29,836 nt of DNA from contig JAYTOU010000054.1 of the NCBI GenBank assembly GCA_043747615.1, forward strand, positions 1 through 29,836, read 5' to 3'. The notes beneath the pieces were generated by a model, which had not been told where the DNA came from, ran no database searches, and saw nothing but the letters and a program-made list of their open reading frames with translations. The position numbers were made by a program, and so were the translations under genes. Positions 15,835 to 25,609 of the stretch are shown here, piece by piece. This stretch comes from Myxococcales bacterium (GTDB taxonomy: Bacteria > Myxococcota_A > Polyangia > Polyangiales > Polyangiaceae). How positions within the stretch are numbered: the first letter of the stretch is position 1; every line of letters begins with the position of its first letter.

Positions 15835-18213
15835 TTAGAGATTCGTCGCGGCCGTCCTTCGGAGGCGCAGCGCGTTTCCAATCACCGACACGGAGCTCAA
15901 GCTCATGGCCGCCGCCGCGATCATGGGGGAGAGAAGCATTCCGAAGGCAGGGTAAAGTACGCCCGCCGCGATCGGCACGCCGAGAAGATTGTAGCCAAAG
16001 GCGAGGACGAGGTTCTGTCGGATGTTGCGCATCACGGCGCGACTGAGAGCGCGCGCGCGCACGATGCCGCGGAGGTCGCCCTTCACGAGCGTGATCCCCG
16101 CGCTCTCGATCGCGATGTCGGCGCCCGTGCCCATCGCGATCCCGACGTTCGCTCTCGCTAGCGCGGGTGCGTCGTTGATGCCGTCACCCGCCATGGCGAC
16201 GAAGGCTCCGCGGCGCTGCAGCTCCTCGACGGCGGCCGCTTTTCCATCGGGAAGCACGTCCGCAATGACCTCGTCGATCCCGATGGCACGTGCGATGGCT
16301 TCCGCGGTGATGCGACTGTCGCCGGTCAGCATCACGAGACGAAGACCAAGGGCCTTCAGCTGCCGGATCGCGTCCGGTGTCGTCTCCTTCACGCGATCGA
16401 CCACGCCAAGCAGACCGGCGAGAGCCCCGTCCGCCACGACGAACACGACCGTGTGCCCATCGCGGCGCAAGGCGGCAACGCGCTCGGCGACAGGGGACGG
16501 ATCGACTCCCAACGTGCTCATCATTCGCTCGTTGCCGAGCGCAACGGGCCGTCCGTCCATCACGCCTGCGACCCCTTGGCCGGTCGTGGACGCAAACGAT
16601 TCGACTCTCGCCAGCGAAATGCCTTCGCCACCCGCTTTCGAGACGATCGCGGCGGCCAGCGGATGCTCGCTTGCGGCTTCGAGGCTCGCCGAGATTCGAA
16701 GAAGCTCTTCGCGCGAGACGTGCGCCAAAGGCTCAATGGCATCGAGCACGGGTTTCCCATCCGTGAGGGTTCCCGTCTTGTCGAGTATCAGCGTGTCGAC
16801 CTTCTCGAACGCTTCGAGCGCCTCCGCGTTCTTGATGAGAATGCCCATGCGCGCACCCGATCCCGTACCGACCATGATTGACATCGGCGTCGCGAGACCG
16901 AGCGCACACGGGCACGCGATGACGAGGACGGCGATGGCGTTCACGAGCGCATGAGCGAATCGCGGCTCGGGGCCAGCAAGAAACCAGACCGCGAACGTGA
17001 GCACGGCGACGCCAACCACCGCGGGCACGAACCACGCGGCGACCACGTCGGCCAGGCGCTGGATAGGCGCTCGCGTCCGCTGCGCGGTGCTCACCAGCCG
17101 CACGATCTGCGCGAGGAGCGTCTCGCCGCCAACCCTATCCGCACGCACGAGGAGCGTGCCGGTTCCATTCGATGTGCCGGTGGTCACGCGGGCGCCAGAG
17201 ACCTTCTCCACCGGAATCGGCTCGCCGGTGAGCATCGACTCGTCGATCGACGTCGTCCCGTGTAGCACCACACCGTCTGCTGCGACGCGCTCCCCCGGGC
17301 GAACACGGAAGACGTCCCCGAGGCGCAGTTGATCAATCGGCACATCGCGCTCATCGTTGCCCACGACGAGTCGGGCGGTTCGCGGTGCCAGACCGAGCAG
17401 CGCTTTGAGCGCCGTACCCGTGTGCGCGCGCGCCCGCAGCTCGAGCACCTGACCAAGGAGGACGAGCGTGGTGATCCCAGCTGCGGCTTCGAAATAAACG
17501 GCGAGGCGGCCCCCTTCGCCACGAAGCTCGGCGGGGAAGAGAGACGGCGCAAGCGTCGCCGCGAGGCTGTACCCATAGGCCGCTCCTGTCCCCAGACCGA
17601 TCAACGTGAACATGTTGGGGCTTCTCTGACGTAGCGACGCCACGGCGCGGACGAAGAATGGCCACGCTCCCCACACGACGACGGGGGTCGCCAGCGCGAG
17701 CTCGATTCCGTTGCGGATGCCCGCTGGCACGCGGCGCTCGATCGGTAGACCGATCATTTCTCCCATGGCGAGCATCACCAGCGGCACCGTCAGAGCGGCG
17801 CTGAGGACGAAGCGCCGTTGCATGTCGGTGAGCTCCGGGTTTGGACCATCTTCCGCGGCGATGGCCACGGGCTCGAGTGCCATTCCACACTTCGGGCAGG
17901 CGCCGGGCGTGTTCTGACGGATCTCTGGGTGCATCGGACACGTGTAGTCGCCGCTCGCTTCCGGCATTCGCGTCTCGGATCGCACTGCGTGCTTCCCGAG
18001 GAACGCTTGCGGATCCGCCCCAAAGCGATCGCGACACCGCGCGCTGCAGAAGTAGAACGCCTTACCGTGAAGCTCCGTCGACAGCTTGGCCGGCAACGTC
18101 ACTTGCATACCGCACACGGGGTCGCGCGCGGTTTGCGGATCTGCTGCAAGAGCTGTGTGACCGGGTCCCGAAGACGCACAGCAGCTTGGCGAGGAAGGGC
18201 TCGGGGCGGACAT
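15835..18213 (-). CDS. copA: Cu(I)/Ag(I)-translocating P1B-type ATPase with YHS and CPMHP metal-binding domains
   Basis: DPVCGM...FYFCS..C (YHS), [36 protein letters not shown] and MSLSS. AAGGAG upstream of ATG 18213. Confidence 0.93.
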   Translation of the reverse strand: MSAPSPSSPSCCASSGPGHTALAADPQTARDPVCGMQVTLPAKLSTELHGKAFYFCSARCRDRFGADPQAFLGKHAVRSETRMPEASGDYTCPMHPEIRQNTPGACPKCGMALEPVAIAAEDGPNPELTDMQRRFVLSAALTVPLVMLAMGEMIGLPIERRVPAGIRNGIELALATPVVVWGAWPFFVRAVASLRQRSPNMFTLIGLGTGAAYGYSLAATLAPSLFPAELRGEGGRLAVYFEAAAGITTLVLLGQVLELRARAHTGTALKALLGLAPRTARLVVGNDERDVPIDQLRLGDVFRVRPGERVAADGVVLHGTTSIDESMLTGEPIPVEKVSGARVTTGTSNGTGTLLVRADRVGGETLLAQIVRLVSTAQRTRAPIQRLADVVAAWFVPAVVGVAVLTFAVWFLAGPEPRFAHALVNAIAVLVIACPCALGLATPMSIMVGTGSGARMGILIKNAEALEAFEKVDTLILDKTGTLTDGKPVLDAIEPLAHVSREELLRISASLEAASEHPLAAAIVSKAGGEGISLARVESFASTTGQGVAGVMDGRPVALGNERMMSTLGVDPSPVAERVAALRRDGHTVVFVVADGALAGLLGVVDRVKETTPDAIRQLKALGLRLVMLTGDSRITAEAIARAIGIDEVIADVLPDGKAAAVEELQRRGAFVAMAGDGINDAPALARANVGIAMGTGADIAIESAGITLVKGDLRGIVRARALSRAVMRNIRQNLVLAFGYNLLGVPIAAGVLYPAFGMLLSPMIAAAAMSLSSVSVIGNALRLRRTAATNL

Positions 18214-18273
18214 TGGTGACTCCTTTCGATACAGACTTTGAAGACACTCCGCCCGCACGTTGAGCGGCGGCCG

Positions 18274-19359
18274 CTACTTTTGGCAGTCGACCACGCTTGA
18301 GCCGCCTGCGATCGACCCCGATGTCTGCGTGGACGATGGCGTGCGGCTCGCGCCCGTGTAGCTCATCATTGCCGACTCCGTAGACGTCGCGTCGGACCAT
18401 GATCGCCGCCACGACGTCAGGCGGTGATCGGCATCGTAGACGAACGACTCGGTCTGCGTCGGCTGGGAGTCCGACCACGACCGCCTCCACGACGCGAGGT
18501 AGCCGGTCGCGTCGTACGACAGAGACTCGGATTCGGTCGGCTGAGAATCAGACCAGCTCTGTCGCCAGGAAGTGAGACGCTTCGAAACATCGTAACCGAG
18601 TGTTTCCGTCTCGGTGGGCGTCGAGCCGGACCAGCTCAAACGATACGACGTGAGCTTCTCGTTGCTGTCGTAGCCGAGCGTGTGCGTATCGGTCTGCGTC
18701 GCTCCCGACCACGAGCGACGGAAATTGGTGACGTTGCCGGCCGAGTCGTACGTGATGCTCACGTTGTAGCTCTCGCCCGCACCCGACGCGCTGAACGTGA
18801 CTGACGTCGGACGGTTTGCGCCATCGCGCGAGATGGTCAATGTGCCGCCGCCGCTCGACGTGGTGACCTGCGTGATCAGGTCTTTCATCGTTGCAAGGCG
18901 CTCCGCCTCGCGGTCCGTCGCATGCGACCCGGTAAACGGTACGCACATGATCGAGGCATCGGCGGAAGCGTCTGGCCCGTTGGATTTGGTGCCGCCGTCG
19001 GTGGCGACGGGATCGCCGGGGCAGTACTCCGCTTTCTTGGACAAGGGGCAGGTGGTGTCGTGCGTGGTGCACAGGCCGTTGACACATGCCGCGGCGGAGA
19101 AGCTGGCGGACGACTTCGAGCACGCGCAACAGACTGGAGCGCAATCGGCATATGTCTGACAGGGCGCGCCAGCTCCGGCGGTGCCGTGCAGGACGTCGGT
19201 GCTGCTGGTGCAGCTGCCGTTCATCTGTACCGCTCCGTGCGATTCGGACGCGGCGCCCATCGTGGTGGTGTTGCTGCTCGAGCACGCGACGACGACACCG
19301 GAAGCGCCGAGCAGAAAAGCGAAAGCGAGCGAAGGGCGGCGTGATCGGCGGTAGGTCAT
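18274..19359 (-). CDS. Lipoprotein with a Cys-rich N-terminal region and C-terminal YD-like 26-aa repeats
   Basis: Lipobox VVAC; Cys cluster; five YDxxxxL(T/A)S(W/Y)RxSWSxxxxT repeats. Confidence 0.8.
   Translation of the reverse strand: MTYRRSRRPSLAFAFLLGASGVVVACSSSNTTTMGAASESHGAVQMNGSCTSSTDVLHGTAGAGAPCQTYADCAPVCCACSKSSASFSAAACVNGLCTTHDTTCPLSKKAEYCPGDPVATDGGTKSNGPDASADASIMCVPFTGSHATDREAERLATMKDLITQVTTSSGGGTLTISRDGANRPTSVTFSASGAGESYNVSITYDSAGNVTNFRRSWSGATQTDTHTLGYDSNEKLTSYRLSWSGSTPTETETLGYDVSKRLTSWRQSWSDSQPTESESLSYDATGYLASWRRSWSDSQPTQTESFVYDADHRLTSWRRSWSDATSTESAMMSYTGASRTPSSTQTSGSIAGGSSVVDCQK
18361..18753 (-). repeat. Five tandem 78-nt (26-aa) YD-like repeats
   Basis: For example GYDSNEKLTSYRLSWSGSTPTETETL / GYDVSKRLTSWRQSWSDSQPTESESL / SYDATGYLASWRRSWSDSQPTQTESF. 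Confidence 0.85.
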
Positions 19360-19370
19360 CGCAGCCGTCT

Positions 19371-19386
19371 AGCAGAGGTGGTGCCC
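19371..19386 (-). promoter_or_regulatory. Possible sigma54 -24/-12 promoter
   Basis: GGGCACCACCTCTGCT on the minus strand (GG-N10-GC), immediately upstream of ATG 19359. Confidence 0.4.
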
Positions 19387-19538
19387 GCTGCAAGCGGAGC
19401 GACTACCGCGCTCAACCGGCCGCGGAAAGTCGCCACCGTCGTAGTCCAGCCGTTTCCAGCTGCCGCGGATCCGGCCAACCCACGCGTACTCTTGGGCTCG
19501 GAATTCGACGTTCGAGACGCTAGCCGGCACCTGTCGTG

Positions 19539-20033
19539 TCAGCCATCTGCACGGTCACCGCCCGCGGCGAGCATCTGGAGGGCGTCACCGTCGATTCGTA
19601 CGGCAAGCCAATCCCGGTGCACCTTGGCACCGAGGGATTCGTAAAAAGCGATCGACGGCGCGTTCCAGTCGAGGACGGACCACTGAAAGCGGCGACAGTC
19701 GTTGGCGATCGCTTCTCGGGCGAGGCGCTTCATGAGCGCGACGCCGATGCCCTTGCTCCGATGAGGCGGAGTGACGAAGAGGTCCTCGAGGTAGAGCACC
19801 GGGCGTCCCGTCCACGTCGAGTACTGGAAAAAGTAGAAAGCAAAGCCGGCGGCCGCATCTTCCCACTCGGCGATGAGAACGTAAAAGCGCGGAGTCGCTC
19901 CGAAGCCGTCGCGGAGGAGATCCTCTTCCGTGGCGACGGCAGCCTCCGGCGCGCGTTCGTACTCCGCGAGCTCGCGGATGAATCTCAAGATGAGGGGCAC
20001 GTCGCCCGACACCGCAGCGCGAAGGTGAATCAT
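19539..20033 (-). CDS. GNAT N-acetyltransferase (diamine/spermidine acetyltransferase-like)
   Basis: IRELAEYE, YSTWTG...LYLEDLFV.P.HRSKGIG, WSVLDWNAPSIAFYESLGA. Confidence 0.92.
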   Translation of the reverse strand: MIHLRAAVSGDVPLILRFIRELAEYERAPEAAVATEEDLLRDGFGATPRFYVLIAEWEDAAAGFAFYFFQYSTWTGRPVLYLEDLFVTPPHRSKGIGVALMKRLAREAIANDCRRFQWSVLDWNAPSIAFYESLGAKVHRDWLAVRIDGDALQMLAAGGDRADG

Positions 20034-20521
20034 CGGCCCGCACGTTTCTTGGCCGTCGCGCGCGCCGGTCGCTTGCGGATCGCTGGAATTTTACCGATGC
20101 GAACGTCCCCGGCGACGATCCTCTCGCACGCCAGCATCACGGACTCTTCGAAGTCTTCGTTGTCGGCCGCGAGGATCTGCCAACCAGTGACCCCGGTGCC
20201 GCTCGATCCGAAGAGGGTAAGCGAGCGCATGTTCGGGAAGTCTCGCTTCAAGCTGGCGTGATGCTCGCGCGTCGTTGCGATCCACACCCCGTTGTCGGCG
20301 GGGGACGTGGGTCGATCTCTCAAGACCATGACGATCTTGTCCTCCACGTAAACGGCGATGCAGCCGAACATCGGGCGCGTGGAGGGCGAGGCCGCGCTGA
20401 GCTCGTCGAGCACGAATGCAAACGGAGGTTTTTTTTTCGCGATGGGCGCGAACATCGCCTCCCGGTTGTCTTGCACGCGCGGGGGCGCACGGCGGCGTCG
20501 CTTCGGCACTCGCTTCAGCAC
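20030..20521 (-). CDS. TfoX N-terminal-like domain protein (start uncertain)
   Basis: FVLDEL...RPMFGCIAVYVEDKIVMVL resembles TfoX_N; ATGA overlap with the GNAT gene. Confidence 0.7.
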   Translation of the reverse strand: MLKRVPKRRRRAPPRVQDNREAMFAPIAKKKPPFAFVLDELSAASPSTRPMFGCIAVYVEDKIVMVLRDRPTSPADNGVWIATTREHHASLKRDFPNMRSLTLFGSSGTGVTGWQILAADNEDFEESVMLACERIVAGDVRIGKIPAIRKRPARATAKKRAGR

Positions 20522-20543
20522 GCCGTGACGGTACTCAATCTCC

Positions 20544-20672
20544 TCAGCGCTTCACAGTCCCGAGATCGCGGAATGCGCGATCGATCCTCGCCGCGAAAGG
20601 CTGCTCCTCGAGGGTGATTCCACCTTTGTCGTCGTGATCGACGATGTCGAGCTTCCCCATGCCGTAGCCCAT
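20544..20672 (-). CDS. Possible short ORF or gene remnant (MGYGMGKLDIVDHDDKGGITLEEQPFAARIDRAFRDLGTVKR)
   Basis: Read by hand; co-directional with its neighbours and fills the gap; no clear ribosome-binding site. Confidence 0.3.
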   Translation of the reverse strand: MGYGMGKLDIVDHDDKGGITLEEQPFAARIDRAFRDLGTVKR

Positions 20673-20720
20673 CGGTCCGCGCGAATGAGCGCGCAAGCCG
20701 TCTGGTTCAGCAGAGCGTGT

Positions 20721-23255
20721 CTAGCCCCACCAATAGGAGAGTTTTACGAGGACGACGTCGGTCGCGGGCGCCTTCCGCACCGCGCCGAGGTCCAGAGTTC
20801 CGCGATCACCTGGAACGAGCGAAACCGAGGGCGACTGCGAGCGCGTATAGACCAGATACAAGAGCGAGCCGAGCCGGTACTCCCAGCGAAGCACGACGTT
20901 CAGGTTGAGTACGCCGCGCGTGAAATCAGGATTGCTGGGCGGCGCCGGACCGGGGGTGAGACTATCGACGCGAATCGCCGGACGCGGTCCAGCGGGGTCT
21001 GTCTGGAATTGCGAGAAAGCGAAGTAGTGCCCCGAAGCCAAGAAGAGCTGGCCGTAGGTCTGAAGCGTGAGACGCGGGACGAATGTGTAGGTCGCGCGCA
21101 GAACCGCTCCAACGCTCTTCGCATCGAGCTTTCCGAAGATGAGGTCTCCGGGAGCCGCACCCGCGGTGACGTAGCGTGGCTCGCCATGGTTGTACGTGAG
21201 GCTCGGCAAGAGCTCGAGATCGAGCCTAGGGAGCACGCGAAAGAGCACTCCTCCATCGAGGTAAAGATTGAAACCGCCGTCTAAGATGTGCTGCGGGCGA
21301 CCGCGCAACGAGAAGCTCACGAGCTTGGTCGCGTCACTCGAGATCGAGGCCTCTGCGCCGTACAACCCCCGCCTTTCGAGCGCCGTCCCGTCACCGACCT
21401 CGCGGTTGTCGAAGCGATCCCCTTTGAGATCGAGCTCGGCGTAGTAGCGCCAAAAATTGCTCAGCTTCCCGAACGTGACGAGGTCCGCGCCCCGGGCGAC
21501 GTTCAACCCGCGGATGTCGTCTCCTCCCCAGGCCTCCACGCGCGTGTGGGTCTCGAGCGTTTTCCAGTGAGGCTCGAGGGTGCGATACTCTATATTGGCA
21601 TATCCAAATAAGACATTCGCATTTCGGTTGAAGCCAAGATCGTTGTAATCGAGCTTTCGATCGTTGTAGGTGAAATCCGAATACCAGAGCCACGGGGATC
21701 CGCCCTCTCTGGCCACGTACGTGAAAAGGCCTTTGCCGAGGTCCCCGGGTTGGATAACCGTTCCGTCCGGCACGGGGCGGGGAGGCCCGCGCTGAAGCTC
21801 GGACCCGACGACCTGCCCGCCGGTAACGTAGTCGCCCGAGGGCGATCGCCAGCGCCAGTCGATCGCGCCGACGTAGGCATCGCTGAAGCACCTAGAGCCA
21901 ATCGCTACAATCGTCCCGTCCGGACAGAGCTGACCATTCGGAGCAGTGCCATCGGCCGGGCTGATCGGATATCGCCCCGTGGGCTCGCCGCGGGTAACGC
22001 CGGTGGCCGTGATCCCGATATGCGCGTTCTTGCCGAGGTCACGCCGAAGCCGAAAGACACCGAAGTTGGTGAGCGGATCGACAAGGCGTTTCTGATGCGT
22101 TCCGTCGGCGAGCTGCACGTCGACGTTGTTTGGTGCGGTGAGAGCTTGGAGAGTCCCGATGGTCCAACGATCACCGAGGCGGCCCGTCAGCTTGGTTGCA
22201 GCGTAGATGGTCCCCGGCGTCGGGAGGTCGACGAGCTGCTCGGCGAACGGAGCTGAGCTGCGCAGCGCGGGGCTCGCGACGTTGCGCCCGATGCGCCGCG
22301 TGTAGAGGAGCTGGAGAGGCGTCGCGAAGGTGTCCACACCCTCCAAAAAAAATTGCCGCTTCTCCGGATAATACGTCTCCACGTTGGTCAAGTTGAGGAC
22401 CACTTGATCGGCCTCGACCTGCGCGAAGTCGGGATTGATCGCCGAGTCCAAGGTGAGGCTCTGGGTGGGATGCCACTTCAGATCGAGGCCTACGGAACCG
22501 GTGAAATCGATCCCGTTGGCCAGCGTCCCGGTACCGGCGTCGCGCCGCTGCATCTTGCCGACCACGAACGGCCTCAACTCGAGCGACGTACTCGGATGAA
22601 TGCCAGCGAGCCCTTCGAGCCGACCGTAGTGGGAGACCTCACCGGCCGTGCTCCTCGGAATGAAGGCCCACTCGTCCGTCTCTTGGCGCTTTGAGACGTA
22701 GCGACGCGCTTCCATTCCCCAGGATTGGATTGGCTCCGCGTCAAAACGCAAAATACGAAACGGGATGCGGATCTCCGCGGTCCAGCCCGCTGGAGACTTT
22801 GAAGTGCGTGCTTCCCAGTTCTCGTCCCAGTCCGCGGAGTAGTCGGTGTCGTTGAAGCGCAGACCGTCGATGAGCGCGCCGCCTGCGTTGACGATGAAGT
22901 CGAACGCGCTCTTGCCGTCGTGACGGGTGTCCACGGCGAAGGAGACCCAGTCCGATTCGACGAGACGATCGCGGCGGGTCAGACGATCGACGACCTGCGC
23001 TTTCGTTTGTTGGCACTCGAAAGCCACGTACAGCGCGTCGTCGTCGTAGACGATTCGCATCGTCGTTTTCTCGGCCGGCGCTCGTCCGTCGTTCGGGAAT
23101 TTCTCGGTGAAGGCCGAGCTCGCAGGCGCGGCCGCCCACGCGGAATCGTCCAGCTTACCGTCGATCACCGGAGGGCTCGCAACCCGCGCGGCCTGGAAGT
23201 GCGGAACCGCTGCCGCCGAAGCTGTTGCAGCAGCGAGCAAAACGATGTGAAACAT
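20721..23255 (-). CDS. CBM9-like sugar-binding domain plus DUF5916 outer-membrane protein
   Basis: PVIDGKLDDSAW, YDDDALYVAF, WTAEIRIPF, NPDFAQVEAD, EKRQFFLEG, YTRRIG, C-terminal KLSYWW. Start at ATG 23255 gives a signal peptide. Confidence 0.88.
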   Translation of the reverse strand: MFHIVLLAAATASAAAVPHFQAARVASPPVIDGKLDDSAWAAAPASSAFTEKFPNDGRAPAEKTTMRIVYDDDALYVAFECQQTKAQVVDRLTRRDRLVESDWVSFAVDTRHDGKSAFDFIVNAGGALIDGLRFNDTDYSADWDENWEARTSKSPAGWTAEIRIPFRILRFDAEPIQSWGMEARRYVSKRQETDEWAFIPRSTAGEVSHYGRLEGLAGIHPSTSLELRPFVVGKMQRRDAGTGTLANGIDFTGSVGLDLKWHPTQSLTLDSAINPDFAQVEADQVVLNLTNVETYYPEKRQFFLEGVDTFATPLQLLYTRRIGRNVASPALRSSAPFAEQLVDLPTPGTIYAATKLTGRLGDRWTIGTLQALTAPNNVDVQLADGTHQKRLVDPLTNFGVFRLRRDLGKNAHIGITATGVTRGEPTGRYPISPADGTAPNGQLCPDGTIVAIGSRCFSDAYVGAIDWRWRSPSGDYVTGGQVVGSELQRGPPRPVPDGTVIQPGDLGKGLFTYVAREGGSPWLWYSDFTYNDRKLDYNDLGFNRNANVLFGYANIEYRTLEPHWKTLETHTRVEAWGGDDIRGLNVARGADLVTFGKLSNFWRYYAELDLKGDRFDNREVGDGTALERRGLYGAEASISSDATKLVSFSLRGRPQHILDGGFNLYLDGGVLFRVLPRLDLELLPSLTYNHGEPRYVTAGAAPGDLIFGKLDAKSVGAVLRATYTFVPRLTLQTYGQLFLASGHYFAFSQFQTDPAGPRPAIRVDSLTPGPAPPSNPDFTRGVLNLNVVLRWEYRLGSLLYLVYTRSQSPSVSLVPGDRGTLDLGAVRKAPATDVVLVKLSYWWG

Positions 23256-23329
23256 GAGCCGGCGCGACCTCGCGGCAAACCGTAAACCAGTCGAGGCACC
23301 CCTGGACAGCCTAGAAACGCTCGCGGCGT

Positions 23330-23803
23330 TCAGATCTCGCGGATCGGAAAACGTACGGTGTGCACACGCTCCGCTTCGGCGTCGACGAGAAGGACGCCGT
23401 CGACCTGAAAGGCGATGCGGTACTCGAGGAGCTGCCGCCGCGTGGCCGAAGTCTCGATCCTGGGCGCGACCTTTCCCGTCTTGACCTCGGCGATGAAGCG
23501 CCGCCCCCCCATGGAAACGAGGTAGTCGGCGCGCAGGGTGACGGCGATCTCCTCGTCGTCGATCCACACCGGGTACGTCACCACCACCTGAGACCCTAGA
23601 ATCGTATAACCAAGGCTGCGCACGAGCCTCGCCGCTCTCGTCTCTCCTTCTTCAGCACGCATTCGCTGCCGACCGAGGCGCCAACCTACCGACCACGTGC
23701 GCCACGCCAACCGCGCGGTCTGCACGATGGCGACGACCGCGAGGAGCGCGAGCGCGATGAGCAGCGCTTCGGGCGGTACAGTCCTCGGATCGAACGCACC
23801 CAC
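23330..23803 (-). CDS. Membrane-anchored PD-(D/E)XK nuclease-fold protein
   Basis: N-terminal TM helix; GE..A, RADYL...AEVKTG and RQLLEY (QxxxY) motifs. Confidence 0.7.
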   Translation of the reverse strand: MGAFDPRTVPPEALLIALALLAVVAIVQTARLAWRTWSVGWRLGRQRMRAEEGETRAARLVRSLGYTILGSQVVVTYPVWIDDEEIAVTLRADYLVSMGGRRFIAEVKTGKVAPRIETSATRRQLLEYRIAFQVDGVLLVDAEAERVHTVRFPIREI

Positions 23804-23868
23804 GGGTGGCGCGAGTACAGCACCCGTCGCGATTGACGGCCAAGTCCCGTGCGCCCATCACTACAGGG

Positions 23869-24036
23869 ATGGATCCTCGTCGACACAAGACCGCTCGCCG
23901 TATCGCGCGTCTCGTCGTCGCCATTGCCGCGGGCATCGTCACCTTCGTTTTTCTCTTGGTCCTCTTCGACCAACGCGACACGCGAGCACCCGCGCCCTTC
24001 GACGTGCTCCGCAAAGGTGCTGACGCAGGAAAATAA
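23869..24036 (+). CDS. Small single-TM membrane protein, 55 aa
   Basis: Basic N-terminus followed by LVVAIAAGIVTFVFLLVLF. Confidence 0.55.
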   Translation: MDPRRHKTARRIARLVVAIAAGIVTFVFLLVLFDQRDTRAPAPFDVLRKGADAGK

Positions 24037-24099
24037 CCGCGAAATCAGAAGGTACGCCTGTGGTTTGCGGGGCGTCGTGACATCCCGTATAGCTTCCGG

Positions 24100-24696
24100 G
24101 TGAAACGAAATATTCTTCTCGCGTCATGGGCGGTGACGGCTGTTGCTGGAACCCTGTGGGCGTGCAGCGCCTCCATCACCGCATCGGATCCGGGTAAGGC
24201 CGACGGCGGGGGCGGTGGAGACGACGCGTCCTTCGGTGGCGACGGAGCAGGGGGCGACGACGGCGGAGCGGTTACCGATTCCGCTATGCGCGCCGACACC
24301 GCGGAAGCAGGCGAAGCGGTCTGCGGAGCGGCCAGCACGTCTAACGACTGCGTCGATTGCTGCGCCGGTTTCCACCCCACCGGCGTGAACGTGATTCCAA
24401 TCGCCGTGCACGCCTGCGCCTGCATCAAAGGGGTCGGGTTGATTACCCACGAATGCGCGACTCCTTGCAAGCTGACCTACTGCAACGACGCCGGCTCCAC
24501 CTCTCCGGAGGCAGGAAGCCCATGCGATGTTTGCCTCAACAAAGCACTTGCAGGTGACGCCGGCGACGCAGCCGCGCCGCAAAGCTCGCGTCCGGGCGAC
24601 TGCTTTGGCCCTGCCATTTCCGCCTGCACCGGTGATCCCGAGTGCGTCGCCTACGAGACCTGCAAGTTCACCGCGAAGTGCGACTCGAAGCCCTGA
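24100..24696 (+). CDS. Cys-rich lipoprotein
   Basis: Signal peptide ending LWAC, D/G-rich linker, many Cys residues. Confidence 0.8.
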   Translation: MKRNILLASWAVTAVAGTLWACSASITASDPGKADGGGGGDDASFGGDGAGGDDGGAVTDSAMRADTAEAGEAVCGAASTSNDCVDCCAGFHPTGVNVIPIAVHACACIKGVGLITHECATPCKLTYCNDAGSTSPEAGSPCDVCLNKALAGDAGDAAAPQSSRPGDCFGPAISACTGDPECVAYETCKFTAKCDSKP

Positions 24697-24745
24697 GCGG
24701 CTCACGCAGCCTTGACTGGACCAGCGATCTCGGCATGGTTAGGCT

Positions 24746-25117
24746 GTGTTCGTGACGAAGGTTCCTGCCATTGCGCTCTCACGATTGGTGCCCGACGCCG
24801 TTCCGAGGGGCCGGAAAAACGTGGCGCTCTTCGTCGCCGGGATCGCAGATCTGACGCAGGTCGTTTTTCTACCCGCCTTCGTTGAAGGCGCGGCTTCACC
24901 GTTCGAAGTTGCGCTCGATACGATGACGGCCCTTTCGATCATGCTCATCGTCGGTTTCAAGTGGCGCCTCGCCGTAGCATTGGCCGCTGAGCTCGTTCCA
25001 GGCGTCGATCTTTTTCCGACGTGGACGGCCATGGTTCTGAGCCTCCCGGTTCAAGCCAAGGAGCTCGAGGCGTACACTGAACAGGCAAGCGAGCTTCGCG
25101 CCTACAAGACCACGTGA
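24746..25117 (+). CDS. Hypothetical membrane protein
   Basis: Hydrophobic segments; AELVPGVDLFPTWT motif. Confidence 0.7.
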   Translation: MFVTKVPAIALSRLVPDAVPRGRKNVALFVAGIADLTQVVFLPAFVEGAASPFEVALDTMTALSIMLIVGFKWRLAVALAAELVPGVDLFPTWTAMVLSLPVQAKELEAYTEQASELRAYKTT

Positions 25118-25155
25118 TGAGTGGTGACCAAAGTGGCTGCTTTCGCTAGTCTAGC

Positions 25156-25587
25156 GTGATGTCGATGACCTCGCGCAGCGCCGAACAATGGCAACCGCTC
25201 TTCGATGGAATTACGAAGATGCGCACCACGTGGCCTGCACGCGGTTGGAGCTGGGACGGTCGCCTCTCGTGTGTGACCTCTTCTTTCAGCACGGAGTTCG
25301 AAGCCAAGGCGCGAGCGAGCGCAGCCGTCGCCCTCCCCCAGGAATGGACGTCGACTTCACTCGCCAAAGCGCCGGCGCAGGTACGCGAGCTGGCGGAGCG
25401 CCACGGCGGGCTCCGCTCGGGCCAGTTGCTCCTTCTCGGCGGGCCCTACGGAGGAATTGTGTCTTTCGGACTTTGGTGGCCCTGGGGCGATGGCGTGACG
25501 ATTTCTCTGCGCATCGGCCTCGCGGATCTCGACATCAATCGCGAGCCGTTCCCCAGATTCCGGGAAGGCTTCGGCGTCAGCCTCTAG
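25156..25587 (+). CDS. Hypothetical protein
   Basis: Protein-like sequence (WSWDGR, GGLRSGQ, GLWWPWGDG); co-directional with its neighbours. Confidence 0.7.
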   Translation: MMSMTSRSAEQWQPLFDGITKMRTTWPARGWSWDGRLSCVTSSFSTEFEAKARASAAVALPQEWTSTSLAKAPAQVRELAERHGGLRSGQLLLLGGPYGGIVSFGLWWPWGDGVTISLRIGLADLDINREPFPRFREGFGVSL

Positions 25588-25609
25588 ACGTCAGCCTGCG
25601 AGAGACCTC

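Noticed and set aside
18361..18753. Regularly spaced repeats resembling a CRISPR array
   Set aside because: They are in-frame, degenerate 78-nt coding repeats without unique spacers, and no cas genes are present.
23256..23567. N-terminal extension of the 948-aa DUF5916 ORF
   Set aside because: It overlaps the PD-(D/E)XK gene in another frame; the signal peptide begins at 23255.
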